The notes beneath the pieces were generated by a model. The model ran no database searches, had not been told where the DNA came from, and saw only the letters and a list, made by a program, of their open reading frames with translations. From positions 79,101-143,100 of the forward strand of contig ML996690.1 in the NCBI GenBank assembly GCA_010356995.1: 64,000 nt of DNA, in the 5' to 3' direction. The translations under genes and the position numbers were made by a program. The stretch is from Trichodelitschia bisporula. Its lineage: Eukaryota. Positions 1-11,900 of this stretch are shown one piece after another. Within the stretch, counting starts at the first letter, position 1. Every line of letters starts with the position of its first letter.

Positions 1-2930
1 TGCAGCAAGGCATCCCAGTTGTCCCTAACCTGCGGTAGTCCGGGTATCCACAGAGGCATTTGGCTTTGAAACCGCCTTTTTACAAGACTTGCTGTCGGGG
101 AAAATACCAACGCGCTGCAATACGTCTGCAAGGGAGCTAGTTCGATGGCGGACCGGTTGTAGAGGACAAATCGTTTCATGTCATGAACAAACTCCGATAG
201 TCGGGGACACCTCTGCGCCTAAGCCAAGTATCAGCCAAGTATCCCCACTCTGCTTTACGTCCAGCTTACCGATATCATGGACTCCAAAGACACGATGGCA
301 TGGAACCCTTCGGAAACCTTTTGCATCCATCCAAGCGCCTCAAGCCAATGAAGGAGATGCTCCTTCAGGAACTGATGAACTTCACCGTCATCGTTGAGCT
401 GAGATCCACTCTTATGAAGATGCTGTATCCAGTAGAGGCATGAATATTGCTTCTCAGGATGGAGGGAGCCTTCAACCTCATGACTGTCGACCTCGGTCTT
501 GAGTACTCCAGGCCGACCTATTCCAAGCATGTCTTGCGTAAGGAAGCCAGACATGACCTGTATGCATTTCGTGGCAAGGGCTCGATGCGCCCCCTCTTCA
601 TCAACCCAGAGACCTGTTTTCCCGCTTCTCCCTGGGTTGAGAAGGAAGTCACGAAACGAAGGGTGATGTAAACGGAGTGCGTCACCTGGTTCCTTTCGAA
701 TGTCCTTTGGAATGTCCAAAATGGCGTGAAGATCACCCAGTGCCTGTCCCACATTCTGGCCGAGTAGCCTGCTCAAGGACGGGATGGAAAGTGAATCGAA
801 CAGGATCACGATGCCTCCAAGCAGTTCCTTCAATGTGGATCGCACCTCCTCTGCATCATCGCCTTCATAATTGGTAAGGGATTGGCGAAGAACAGTCGCG
901 TAGATCTCGTCGAGATGCTGCTCTGGCCCTTTCACAGTACTGGGGTTTTGATCGAGGATGAAGCCTAGTTTCTTGGGAGCCAATATTCTTCCTTGTTCAA
1001 CAAAACGGCATGCAGTTTCAGCCCAGATGAACAGACCACTAGCGTTCCGGACAAGTGAGTCGATGGCTTGCTCGCCTGGCCAATCTTTGTCAAAAGAGTG
1101 TTTGCGGGCTAAACGCTCAAGCTCGTGCCGTAGGAAGAAGCGGATATCATTGTCAACAGTCGACTTCTTAATGTCGTGGAGCACAAAGTCCAGGTGCTCG
1201 CTTGTTGGCATTTCGGATAAAGGAAACCGGATTGGCACTTCAGGTCTACTCGTTAAAAACAGCCGGAGCCGGGTTTCCTTCAGCAACTGAAAGAGATTCA
1301 GAATTTTCCCTATGCCATCCTCGCCCTCGCATTCGTCCAGGGCATCGACCACCAGGATGTACGGAGCAGAGGAGGTGTCGCCTTCGAGCTTCGACATGGG
1401 ACTGAGGACGAGATGATGCCACTGACTGCGGATAGGCTCTTCAATGATGGTGTCTCGCTCCTTCAGAGCCTTGTAGAGAGACCGCTTTGCCCCCGACACA
1501 TTGTCTGCAAGTTGCGCTGCGATGCTTGTCACGAACTTGCCGGCATGCCGGACATCTGCGCCACTTCGCGAGAAGAAGAAGCTGGCTCCAAGCTTTCCCT
1601 TCTGAAAACATTCGGCGGCCACAGTTTGAGCCACGGTGGACTTGCCGGTGCCAGCTAAACCACTCAACCAGAAAATATTTGGCGAGTTCTCTCCGTCAGC
1701 CCAGGCGTAGATCTCTTTGAGAAGTTCGACCCGGGTACCAATCAGGCAAGGCGCCTTTTCCCGCTCGTATGGGTTGGATGGTGTGTCTGCGGCCCTGGGC
1801 AAGTTTAGGAGCATTGCCGGCGCGGGTGGATCTTCTGGTATCTCGACTTTGACCGGCGGGAGCAACAACAAAAGCTCTTTAGCGTACGCTGCCGCCGTCC
1901 CCGCCGCGAATGGCTGCCAGCTCTTGTTCTTGTGAGAGTCCGAGTAGTCGCAGATTCCCCGCACAGGCAGACATGGAAAATCGTTCATCACCCCGGCGGC
2001 TTCCATTTCGAAGCACAGGACGCCTCCGAGTTTCTCACTGACTTTGTCTCGTTCCTTGGCATCGCGCATGACTTGATTCCCCGAAGCGATCGTACCATAG
2101 TGAACCAAGACATGTTCACCACGCGTCTGGCGCCGCACGCTATATTCTTTCTTGCAATTATTGCAGTTTTCCTCTTCCTCCTCATGGTTGTACGCAGGGT
2201 CGTATAGGATATCTGGCCCGGCCTTGTCGCGTGCGAAAAGAGACTGGCTGCTGAGCTTTGCAAGGTGATGTAGGAAACCAACGCTTCTTTTCAGATGGCT
2301 TGCTTTCAGACTCTTCAACGCGCTCAGCAAGGCCTTTGGGGGCGCGTTCAGGAATCCAGTCCGTTCAACCCCGTCCGGCCTGGTCTTGCCCAAGTCGTAC
2401 TGAATCACTCCGCCACAATCCTTGGACGGCCAGCAAACAACAACGTCCCCAAGTCGGATGTCGGCTTTTGCGCTCGGCACACCGCCTCCGATGCCGACCA
2501 AGACGCCGAATTGAACCGAAGTGAAAGTTGACTTCATTTGAGCAACCGCCGAGGCCGCCGAGTTTGTGCCCGTCAGCCCCAAGACCATGACGACCGTATT
2601 GTGTTCGCCAACACGGCCGAGCGTGTAGCTATTGGGATCGGACGCGTCCCGGGGGAGAGGTTGGTGCTCTCCGTCGAGCATCTCCTGGGCTGCTGCAAGT
2701 TCAATGTCAAGCGCGCAAATCCACCCTACTGTGTAGTCTTCGTGACGAAGTCGGCGGGTTGGCTTTCTGTTGGTGGTTCTCTGGAGGGCAAGTGGTAAGG
2801 TTGAGGTCTGGCTGACGTTGCTCGCGGGGGCAGGTGTGGTGGTCTCACCAGCAACAGGTGAGGAGGGTCGTGAAAGACTGGAAGAGGCATGGAAGCGGCC
2901 CCGTGTCCGGATCCGCTTTGCAGGTGGCAT
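1..2930 (-). CDS. Fungal NLR-like protein: PNP_UDP_1 effector domain + NACHT + (predicted) WD40 repeats; HET-E-like; 3' end outside window
   Basis: PNP motifs DYTVGWICAL..ELAAA and MEAAG...RGICDYSDSHKNK.WQ; Walker A GLAGTGKST; Walker B LVVDALDEC. Likely start ATG at 2930 (MPPAKR). A GT-AG intron at 269-219 leads into LSEFVHDMKRF..APLQTYCSALVFSP..NWDALLQ, the linker that precedes WD40 repeats in HET-E-like proteins. Confidence 0.9.
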
Positions 2931-3522
2931 CTTGGAAATAATGATGCTAGTCAAGAAATTGGGGACTTGTGAAAATGCAGGAGTGGAACTGGAGGTTAAA
3001 GGCGAGGCTTTGGGGCTTCGAGCTGAGCTCAACTGCGGGGCAGAATGCCAAGAATGAGGCTGTGAGCTGTCGGGCGCGGAGAGGACGAGATTGGAGGAGA
3101 CACAGCCACATGCTACGGGGCATCAAGTTCTCCTACCAACTGATCAGTTCATAGACGAAGACTTCGCTGGAGGACATACCCGGTTGTTCATCCATGTTGC
3201 ACCGCCCACGCTGCTTGCGTCGTCTATGCCCGCGTCGTAGGTGCTGTACGGGATATCGAGACTGACCAGGGCTCGAGCATAAACAGGCTCAGGAGGATGC
3301 CAGAGTGGCGGTCATGGTTTTGGGTGGGAGTTTGGCAGCGTAGTGAGGGACAGACGGAGCATATAGACTGTTCTGATGGAGGAGATATGTTGAATTTGTG
3401 GCGGCAACCTGGGGTGGCTGGAGTGGAGCCAGGAGAGAGGGGTCGTTTCCTGGCGATGTATATAGTCAGCTCACTTCCTACTGCTAGTCAGTCAAGCAAC
3501 TCAGTCAAGTTCACACTTCATT

Positions 3523-3961
3523 TTAACACTCAGAGGCTAGATCCAAAGAGATGAACTATACAAAATCAGTTTTGAGTTTATCAAGATGAGTCTCTTACTG
3601 CAAGAACCCGCTTCCTGTCCTCAAGGCTCCACATTCGGTGATACGGCATTTGTCTTTGAGCGGCGTGCCACCGGTCATAGTAAGCGGTAATAGTTATCTC
3701 TTTTCGGATTCCCGTTTGCGTGTCCCGAGTCCATTTCATGAACAACATAACCAGCTCAGGGTCAGCCTCCGCTATACACTTTTCAGGGTCACTGAAAAGT
3801 GCATCTCCATTAGGAATATCGGAGGCTCGTGCAGCTTCACAGAACTCTTTCCATTGACGGTGGATTCGGCTCAGGTTGTGTTTTGCCGATTTCGAGTATC
3901 TTGTCTCGACTTGGCGGCTTTTCAGCCTAGAGAGAAAGTGAGCGAAGTTTTGCGTCGACAT
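3523..3961 (-). pseudogene. Truncated DUF3435-like tyrosine recombinase (Starship captain) N-terminal fragment
   Basis: RYSKSAKHNLSRIHRQWKEFC..DPEKCI..LFMKW..IRKEITITAYYDRW resembles the N-terminal core-binding region of DUF3435 captains. A phase-0 GT-AG intron (3598-3556) leads to FISLDLASEC-stop. No catalytic domain is visible in the window. Confidence 0.7.
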
Positions 3962-4286
3962 TTAGATCGAAAGCAGAAGGTTGACTTCTGAACCCGCACT
4001 GGTCTTCGGGATATTTAAGTCAGCGCATTAACCAGTTAACCTCCCAGCCCTCCTAAGGACCATCTAACAACGCCCCTACCGAAGGCATCTAAGGACGCCA
4101 TATTCGTCGTCCTGGAGTTTTGAAAAATTGAAAAGCAGAATCGACAGTTCCCTTCGGTAGTCGCGCGCTTAATAATGACAACTTTAATTGGACAATATTT
4201 GCCAAGCCTGATGACAAAGGATGTATGACGCTAGTCTAAATTCAGAGTTTTACTAAATTGGGAACGCGGACGTAGGTGCAGTCTCT

Positions 4287-4303
4287 GACCTATGGCCGTA
4301 TGT
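4287..4303 (-). pseudogene. 5' fragment (17 nt) of a 5S rRNA gene; probable insertion junction
   Basis: Minus strand reads ACATACGGCCATAGGTC, identical to nt 1-17 of the intact 5S at 4598. The exact direct repeat is 20 bp (4287-4306 and 4582-4601), after which the sequence diverges. Confidence 0.75.
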
Positions 4304-4480
4304 GCTGGGCTGTAGAGGCAACTAAGTAATAGCCAGCGAAAAACCAACAGCCTCATCAAAAGAGCATAAGCACACCTCCAAGGAGGTCTCAGGCTAAATT
4401 CAGCTTGCGTTGAGCAACGGACCAACCCTCACCCGACCAGCTAGCCGAACAGAAGACTCGCCGAGTGCAGAATGACAAAA

Positions 4481-4598
4481 ACATACAGCAGTTGGGATTC
4501 GCTGCTGGTCACCCACGCAACTACTAATCAACCGGTTCGCTGTTTAACTTCAGTGAGCAGACGGGGACTGGTGTTCTCAGCGACCTATGGCCGTATGT
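4481..4598 (-). rRNA. 5S rRNA (dispersed copy, 118 nt)
   Basis: Minus strand ACATACGGCCATAGG...TTAGTAGTTGCGTGGGTGACCAGCAGCGAATCCCAACTGCTGTATGT followed by a T-run Pol III terminator. The 5' and 3' ends are complementary (helix I). It matches the typical ascomycete 5S pattern. Confidence 0.95.
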
Positions 4599-5031
4599 GC
4601 TAGAAAGGGCTCGGAGCGAAACTCTGTTCAGATGCCACAAAGAAGACTGGGAAGGGATGCAAACGCGCCTTCTTCGGAGCACAGAACATCCTGGCACTCG
4701 AGATCCAGGGGATTGAATACGGGATGCCTCGATGGCTCAATAAAAGTCAAGCTTCCATCCTGAATACGTGATCGTCAGCAATGCTTAATCAAACGGGAGT
4801 GCTCAACCCAATGCCAGAACCTCAAGCGCCGCAATTGGAAGGCAAGAATGACAAGGTGCAAGCGATTCAAATGCTACAAGGACCCAGAATCAGTGCCCAC
4901 GGTCGCCGGAACGAAAATAGCCAGCCGAACGCCATTCGATCTACAGCGCTATCGTACAGAACCAAACACTGACTTTTAACCCTACTCCTCATATTTCGAG
5001 CACACCGTCTAACCCGTTCAGCTCCAAGCAA

Positions 5032-5984
5032 CTACCGTTTTCCCGCCAACCGCCTGCCCTGCACCTCCGTCAGAGCCCGGCTCCCACTCACAAACGCCAC
5101 AACACCAACAACGCCCGCAACCGGCAGCGTCTGGAACAAATTCCAGCTAGTGTAGTACGCGAAGAACACCGCTTCCATAGCCACCACGCTGCCAAAGAAA
5201 GCAGTCGAGCTGATAGGAGCTGCGTTCAGCGCAGCCGGCAGGTCATTCAGATTCGCGCCCAGCGCCGCCCATGCGCCTAGCAGTATCGGCAAAGCCGACA
5301 TCACGGCGAGCAGGAACACCAATGTGATAACCTTGGGCGGGGACTGGGGGTCCGCGCGGAAGGTGTGCGTGATGTGCGGCTGAGCGGCGTAGCGCGGTTG
5401 CGCGGGCGGGGAGGCAAGCGGAGCGGAGGGGTCGAGGCTGATGGATAGGGAGAAGGCGGGGCTTGCGTAGGGCGTGGATGCGCCGAAGGAGCCGATGACG
5501 ATCTTCGCGGTGAGGGGTTTACTGGCGCGGAGGAATTGGGGGGGTAGGGCGGCGTGGGTCTGGGCGGTTAGCTACTTATGTCGATGATTGAGACAGGGTA
5601 CGTACGAGGTCGACCTTGGCCTTGCCGCTCTCCTTGATGGTGAACGGGTATGATTCCTCCAGGCCCGTGGTCGGCTCCACGAGCGTCAGGAAGGCCTGAT
5701 GCGGCTTGCGCGCCTTTCCACCGTTCGTGACGGTCAGGAGAAGCTTGAGGGCATCGTTGGAGCCCAGGCTAATCGGCTTGGAGAGAGGAGCAGCGGGTGA
5801 GAGCCTGTGGTCTGTTAGTTGTGCTCCTAATGCTGCGGCGCGCGTACTTCTCCTTCACGCTGCCGCCGACGCCAGCTCCTTTGCCCTGCACAGCGACGGT
5901 GGCATCCTCGAAGCTCCAAGATGCGGCCGAGACGAGGCTCGAGGTGAGCAACGCGGCAGAGAAAAGGTTCGTGAATAGGCGCAT
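5032..5984 (-). CDS. SWP1: Oligosaccharyltransferase delta subunit / ribophorin II (3 exons)
   Basis: Signal peptide MRLFTNLFSAALL; motifs KPHQAFL and ITHTFRADPQSPP; C-terminal transmembrane helices ending RLAGKR; two GT-AG introns. Confidence 0.9.
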
Positions 5985-6343
5985 TGTAGTGGTGATGTTG
6001 GGGACAGGTGCTGGTCAGCCTGGTTGAGCATTCGTGGCTCGATCGAGCTGCTCGGGAGAACCTATCACCGTGGCCGTAGGTCATGTGATTGGCATCGCTA
6101 CTTCAAATAACAGCTCAACTGAAGCATTTCCCTCTCCACATCTTCGCATTGATCATGTCTAGCTAGGTTATGCCTATCCATCTGCCATTTAACACCATTC
6201 GGACACTGAAATACTGGCAGACGCTCACTGAGCGCCATCTCGACAAGCCTGGGCCGATTCCACACCCAACCCGAGCGCATTCCCAACTATTTCCGACACA
6301 CGCGTCGCATCACTTCACCTACCCACAAGTCTAGCTCCACCAC

Positions 6344-6600
6344 AATAAGCTCAATCAACCTACAAATCGACATGGAAGACCCCGCGAGACACTGATCATG
6401 ACTAAGCTTTCAGAAATCCGAGCCGAAGCTTGAACCAAGTCTACAGCACGCAAGCATGTCCGGGACGTTGCGGAAGTCCTTAGAATCTTGTGTCTCTTGC
6501 CGGAATCCCCTTCCTACAAGAAACCGTTTCTGAAAGCGCAATCATGATAAGCGTCTCGTGGGGGCCTTGCATGTCGATTTGCAGGTTGACTGAGCTTGTT
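6344..6600. repeat. Fold-back / MITE-like element with ~73-bp imperfect inverted arms
   Basis: 6344-6416 (aataagctcaatcaacctacaaatcgacatg...gctttcagaaa) is the imperfect reverse complement of 6527-6600, with a ~110-bp spacer. Confidence 0.8.
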
Positions 6601-6632
6601 GATTGAGCTTGTTGAGATAACTAGTTGTGTCA

Positions 6633-8494
6633 TCAAAGGGGCAGCGTGATGTACTTCTTCAGAAATTCCAAGGCTTGGATGACCTTCTCATCTTCGTAGC
6701 GCCGTCCAACTAGCTGCAGCGAAACTGGAGCATCGCGATAAGTCTCCGGTTCATCTGTCGCAATTAGTACCGTCCCCTAAGGTTACAAGGCTGCCGTTCT
6801 TACAAAGCTTGTAGTTGTACTCATCCATCCCATTGCTGCGGGGGGTATACTCTTCTTCCTTCACGTCAATCGCTGGATCGACTTGCGTAACCTTCTCCAT
6901 TAGCACCTCTCCGGCCCCAACTGGAAAACCTACCGGAAATACCAATGCCGGGTAATCCAGCACATTCCACTGCGCCGTATATCCCCAGTACCTCGCACAA
7001 TCCAGTGGGGGTGCCGTACCAGGTCCAACAGGACACAGGATGACATCTACCATTCCTATCGGGACCCCATTCTCGTCTGTTCCCGTCGCAGTCGCGTTCC
7101 ACAGCGCGGCGTATTCTGCTTTGTACGCCTCGCGCCTCATCGTCCAGTCCCACACTTCGCTCACGCTGAGCGCTTTAGCGTACGGGTTCTCGCGTACAAT
7201 CCATGAACTGAGCGGCCGCCATGGTTCGCTGGATGCCTCGATCGCGGCGCTGGTTTCCTTTCCTCCGTCGGCGAAGTACAGACTAGCCTGGATGGGCGTT
7301 AGTCAGTGGCATCATTCCCTGCGTGTACTCACAATAATCTCCCATGCTTGGAAATGCTTGTACGGCTTCCACGTCACAACCTCCACGTCTGGCGCATCCT
7401 TCAACTTGCCCACTACCTCCCGCAGCGCGCGCAGAATCGGAGGATGCGGCTTCACCACCTCATCATCCCAGAGAACCGCAACCTTCAACCGCGGCTTCCC
7501 GTCCGTACCAAGCGGCAGTTGATTCTCTTCCTTCCACGGAAACGGCAGCAAACAAGGCTGACGCAACCACGGCTTCCTATCAACCAACGTCTTTGCAAAA
7601 ATCCTAATCCCCTCCAAACTCGTACTCAACGGCCCAATAACCGGCACAACATGCTCCTGGCCCAACATCGTCGCTATGCCGCCCTCATTCGGCAGGCGAT
7701 AACTCGTGGGCCTGAGTCCATACACCCCGCAATTTGCCGCCGGGCTGCGAATACTCCCCCCAATATCCGTCCCAATCCCCAGGACACTCCCCCGCATACC
7801 CACCAGCGCCCCTTCGCCCCCGGACGACCCCCCGGCCGTTAGTTTGCGGTTATACGGGTTAACCGTCTCGCCGTAGATATTGCTGCTCGTCTCCAAGTGC
7901 ATCAGCGTCTGCGGCTGCGTCGTGCGCGCATAAATCACCGCCCCGGCCTGCTTGAGCAGGTCCACGATAAGCGCGTCCCGCGGCGCGACGTTCCCGATCC
8001 ATGACACGTAGCCTGCGTTGTTGTCCAGCCCCTCGAGGCCGAGGTGCTCCTTGACGCTAATGGGTAGACCGTGGAGCGGCCCGATTGGCTTGCCGTGCTG
8101 CTTGTAGTAGGCGTCGAGTTCGGCAGAGCGGGTTAGGGCGGAGGGGAGCAGCTCGGTTATGCAGTTTGTCTAAGGTGTAAGTAGACGAATGAGTTGGGGG
8201 AGGCTCCGTGATTACCAGTTTTGAGGCCAGGGCGGCGCGACGCAGGAAGGCGGTTGTTACGGCGGCGCTGGTGAGGGAGCCGCTTGCGAGGCGGGCGATA
8301 AGGGTTTCCGGCGCGAGGGACGTGAGGGTGAAGTCCGACTCTGAGAGATACTGAGAGGGGAGGGCGGTGACATTGAGGGGGAGGGGGGAGGGGAGGGGTT
8401 TGGACGGGAGGAAGGGCGCGATGGAGGAGGCGAGGTGGTCTTGGAGTTGGGCGACGGTTTCTTGCCAGGTGGAGAGCTGTTTGAAGGGCGGCAT
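6633..8494 (-). CDS. Amidase signature family protein (acetamidase-like), multi-exon
   Basis: GGSSGGEG and GIGTDIGGSIRSP amidase signature; PLHGLPISVKEH; C-terminal LQLVGRRYEDEKVIQAL; stop codon at 6633-6635. Confidence 0.92.
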
Positions 8495-8920
8495 GGTGAT
8501 GAATTGAAAGTAAGCGTGCGAATGGGGTGAATGTGTTGAGCTACGGCGTCCTTTATGTATGTGAAGGCTGAATTAAGGACCCCTCTCGATTAGATATCAC
8601 CGTGTAACCCCTCCTGCAGTCGCGATAGCGGGGTTCAGTTCATTTCCCTGGACGGCAGCTCGTGGTGGGTGCAACTGCAGCTGCAGGGTAACTGCAGGTA
8701 AGCTTACCGGATGAAGAAGGGCACATTACACACCAGCCGGAATGATTCCGCGATATGTCTAGGATTTGATATCAAAGTCTACGGGCAGCTAAAAACGCCT
8801 AACGCCATGCCTGTATGCAGCCACCTGTCTCTAGCCTTTCATCCAGTCATCCGTGCTTCAGATCCGCAGTAACTCCGCCATTGGGCAGAAAGTAGCCGAT
8901 TCACACAACAGCCATTCCAA

Positions 8921-11900
8921 CTAGACATCCACCCCACGAACCCTCCTCCGTCTCTCATTAGGCGTCTCCCTAACGCCCCCCAGCACCGCCCGCCCCGAAA
9001 CATCCGAAGCAGATCTCGTGCGCGACTCACCGATCAACCTAGCAAAAACCCCCCCCTCATCAACCAACTCCTCATAACTCCCCACCTCCACCAGTTCCCC
9101 CTTATCAAGCACAGCAACCCGATCCGCCCCCCTCATCATCCCCCTATCATGCGTAACCGCTACAACCGTCATCCCCACCCCGCGAATCAACCCATACAGT
9201 ACCGCCCTCAACTCCGCCGCCGTCGCCGCATCCAACGCACTTGTCGCCTCGTCCAATACCAAGACCTGGGGATTCCTAGCCAGCGCCCGCGCGATCGCAA
9301 GGCGCTGCAGTTGGCCCCCCGAAAGCCCGATCCCGCCGTCCCCGATCGGCGTGTCGTAGCCTGCTGGGAGCTGCATGATGTACTCGTGGATGCCCGCCAG
9401 CGAGGCCGCGCGCATGGCATCGATGTACGTGTATGCGTGGGCTGCGCGCGGCAGCCCGTAGAGAATGTTATCCACGACGGAACCGGCGAAGAGCGTTGGG
9501 GATTGCGGGACGAGGGCGATTTGTGCACGGAGGGTGCGCGTGTCGAGGTGCTGCACGTTGCGGTGGGCGACGAGGATGGCGCCGCCGTCCGGGGCCAGGG
9601 TGTAGAGTTTTACGAGCAGGGCGGCAAGGGTGCTTTTGCCGCACCCTGAGGTCCCGACGATGGCGATGAAGTCACCCGCGTTGATCGTTAGGTTGAAGGA
9701 CCGGAGGACTGGGTGCGCGGGCCGGGAGGGGTACGCGAAGCTCACGTCGCGGAACTCGATGGGTGTGGCGGAGGATGGTTGGGCGAGGCCGTCGTGCTCG
9801 GGGGTTGGGGAAGGGAGGTGTGCGAGGCGGAGGAGCCGCGTCGCTGAGTCTATGGCTAGGGAGAGGTTGGGGAGGTTAGCGGCGACCATGCTGGCGTTTG
9901 ACATGGCCATGAGGAGTTGGGTGAAGACCTGGAGGATTTTGGAGAGCTCGAACTCGCGCTTAAGGAGCAGGACTGAGCCGTAGTGGAAGAGGATGGCAGA
10001 GATGTAGGGGACGGTTGAGGTGGACATGCCGTGGAAAATGCCCATGGAAAGGGCTCGCTTGATGCCCACTTTGAGGACTTCTTGCGCGGCCTTGCTGTAT
10101 TCATTGCGGAAGTGATATTCCAGGGTGAGAATGCGGATTGTCTTCATGCTAGTGACAGCCTCGGTGAATTTGGCGTGCGCCTTGTTCTCGACGTCGGCAT
10201 GGCGCCCGTTCATCTTCTGGGCAATCCACTTCATCCCCATCGTGGTTAGCACGGGGAGAGGTGCGCAGGACAGCAAGACCAAAGTAAGCTTCCAGCAGCT
10301 GACCAGGCTCCAGATCACGGCTGTAGAAATCATCACAACGATGACCAAGTTGCTGCTCAAATAGCGGCCGACTATCTCTTCCATATGTTCCCCGTGAGCA
10401 TCCAGGCAGCTGACCAGCGAAGATACTGCATTGTCTTCCTTTTCAAAGAACTCGCGGGGCTGTTCTAGGAGATGCCAGAGAGCAAGCTCCCGAATCCGGT
10501 TCACCCACAGTTGGCCGCAGTACTGCATGGCGGTGGTGCACAAGTAGAGGCTCAAGCCATCAGATACGCCGATTCCGATAATAGCCAGTGACCACTTCAA
10601 GGCTTTTTGCTTGCGGTCTCTGGGATCGTAGAGAGTGGTCAGGAGCTTGGAGAAGACGAACGCGAAGATGGACGTCATAGCTGCAAATACAAGCGACATA
10701 AAGAGACCGAAGATGCCAACGGTACGCCCCCAAGGGGTAAGAACAGGCCATATCGAGCGCAAGATAGCATGTAACGGAAGAGGCTTCAGGGCAGGAGTCG
10801 CCTTGGCCGAGTCTTTATCGTCCTCGAAGCTCTTCATGTCCTGAAGGTCGATTTCCTCGCTGATCATGGGCTCCTCGTCCGAGGGGCGAAGAGGAGCCTT
10901 CCCCTTCCCCTTGCCTGTTGAATGTGGAACAGTCCGCGATTTGCGGCGCTCTGCCGGCGTGGGCGTCTCGGGCTCGGAGCTCAATGGCGGGAACAGCGAC
11001 ATAGGGCGATGTGACAGCCCGGCGCTTCGCGGCAAGGTAGACCAAAGCGGCGACACGATGCTCGGAACGGCTGCCGAATTGCGCTCCGGGGTGACACCGA
11101 TTCTGTTAGTAAACATGCTTGGAACCAACGTGCTCGCGCGGGCTGATTGGCGCTCAGGAGTTTTCGGAGGTTGGATGGAGCATTTACGCTCGGGAATGGT
11201 TGGTTCCCTCGCAGCTGCCCTGGGGTAGGCGAGCAGAAGACGGCAGAAAGCAGCATTGTTAAGCAGCTGGAATCGCAGGCCGTACCCGACGACATGGCCG
11301 TCTTCCATGACGATGACGTTGTCCTTGGGGTGAATGCACGAAACATCGTGTGTAATAATCACAGTGTGCCTGTCCTCCCGGATTCTCCGAATAGACCACA
11401 TGAGGTTCTCTCTCGTAGTGGGGTCCAGGGCGCTAGTAGACTCATCAAGTATCAGAAACTCCGAATCCCGGATGAAGGCCCGCGCCAGGGCGATGCGCTG
11501 CCGCTGACCACCACTGAGCTCGCCGCCTCGAGCGCCAACGACAGTTTGGAACCCGTTTGGCATAGCCTCAATGTCATCTATGATCTGGGCTTGCGTGGCT
11601 GCGCGGCGGATGTCTTCCATCGTGACCTGACTGAGCGCTCCGAGGGCGATGTTCTCGGCAATCGTGGTGTTGAAAACGACGCTATGTTGCTCGACGAGAT
11701 GACAGGTCTTACGGACATAGTCGTTTCTCATGTCTTTAACATTGATGGTCCCGAGACCTACCATACCGGCCGCCGGCTCGTAGAGTTTCATCACCAACTG
11801 CCCGAGCGTGCTTTTACCTGAGCCGCTGGTGCCAACGATGAACGTAAGCTGCTTGGGGAAGCAGGTGGCACTGATCGCCTTGAGGACAGTTTTATCTGGA

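Larger units (their letters stand above)
1..4286 (-). mobile_element. Putative Starship element (5' end; derelict), extending beyond the left edge of the window
   Basis: Captain-like gene is the first gene, about 325 bp from a broken 5S rDNA copy on the same strand, and is followed by an NLR, a common type of Starship cargo. The other boundary is not in the window. Confidence 0.6.

Noticed and set aside
4262..4286. Extension of the 5S fragment through a CGTCCGC motif
   Set aside because: The motif is offset by about 4 nt and the intervening bases do not match the adjacent intact 5S, so only nt 1-17 are called.
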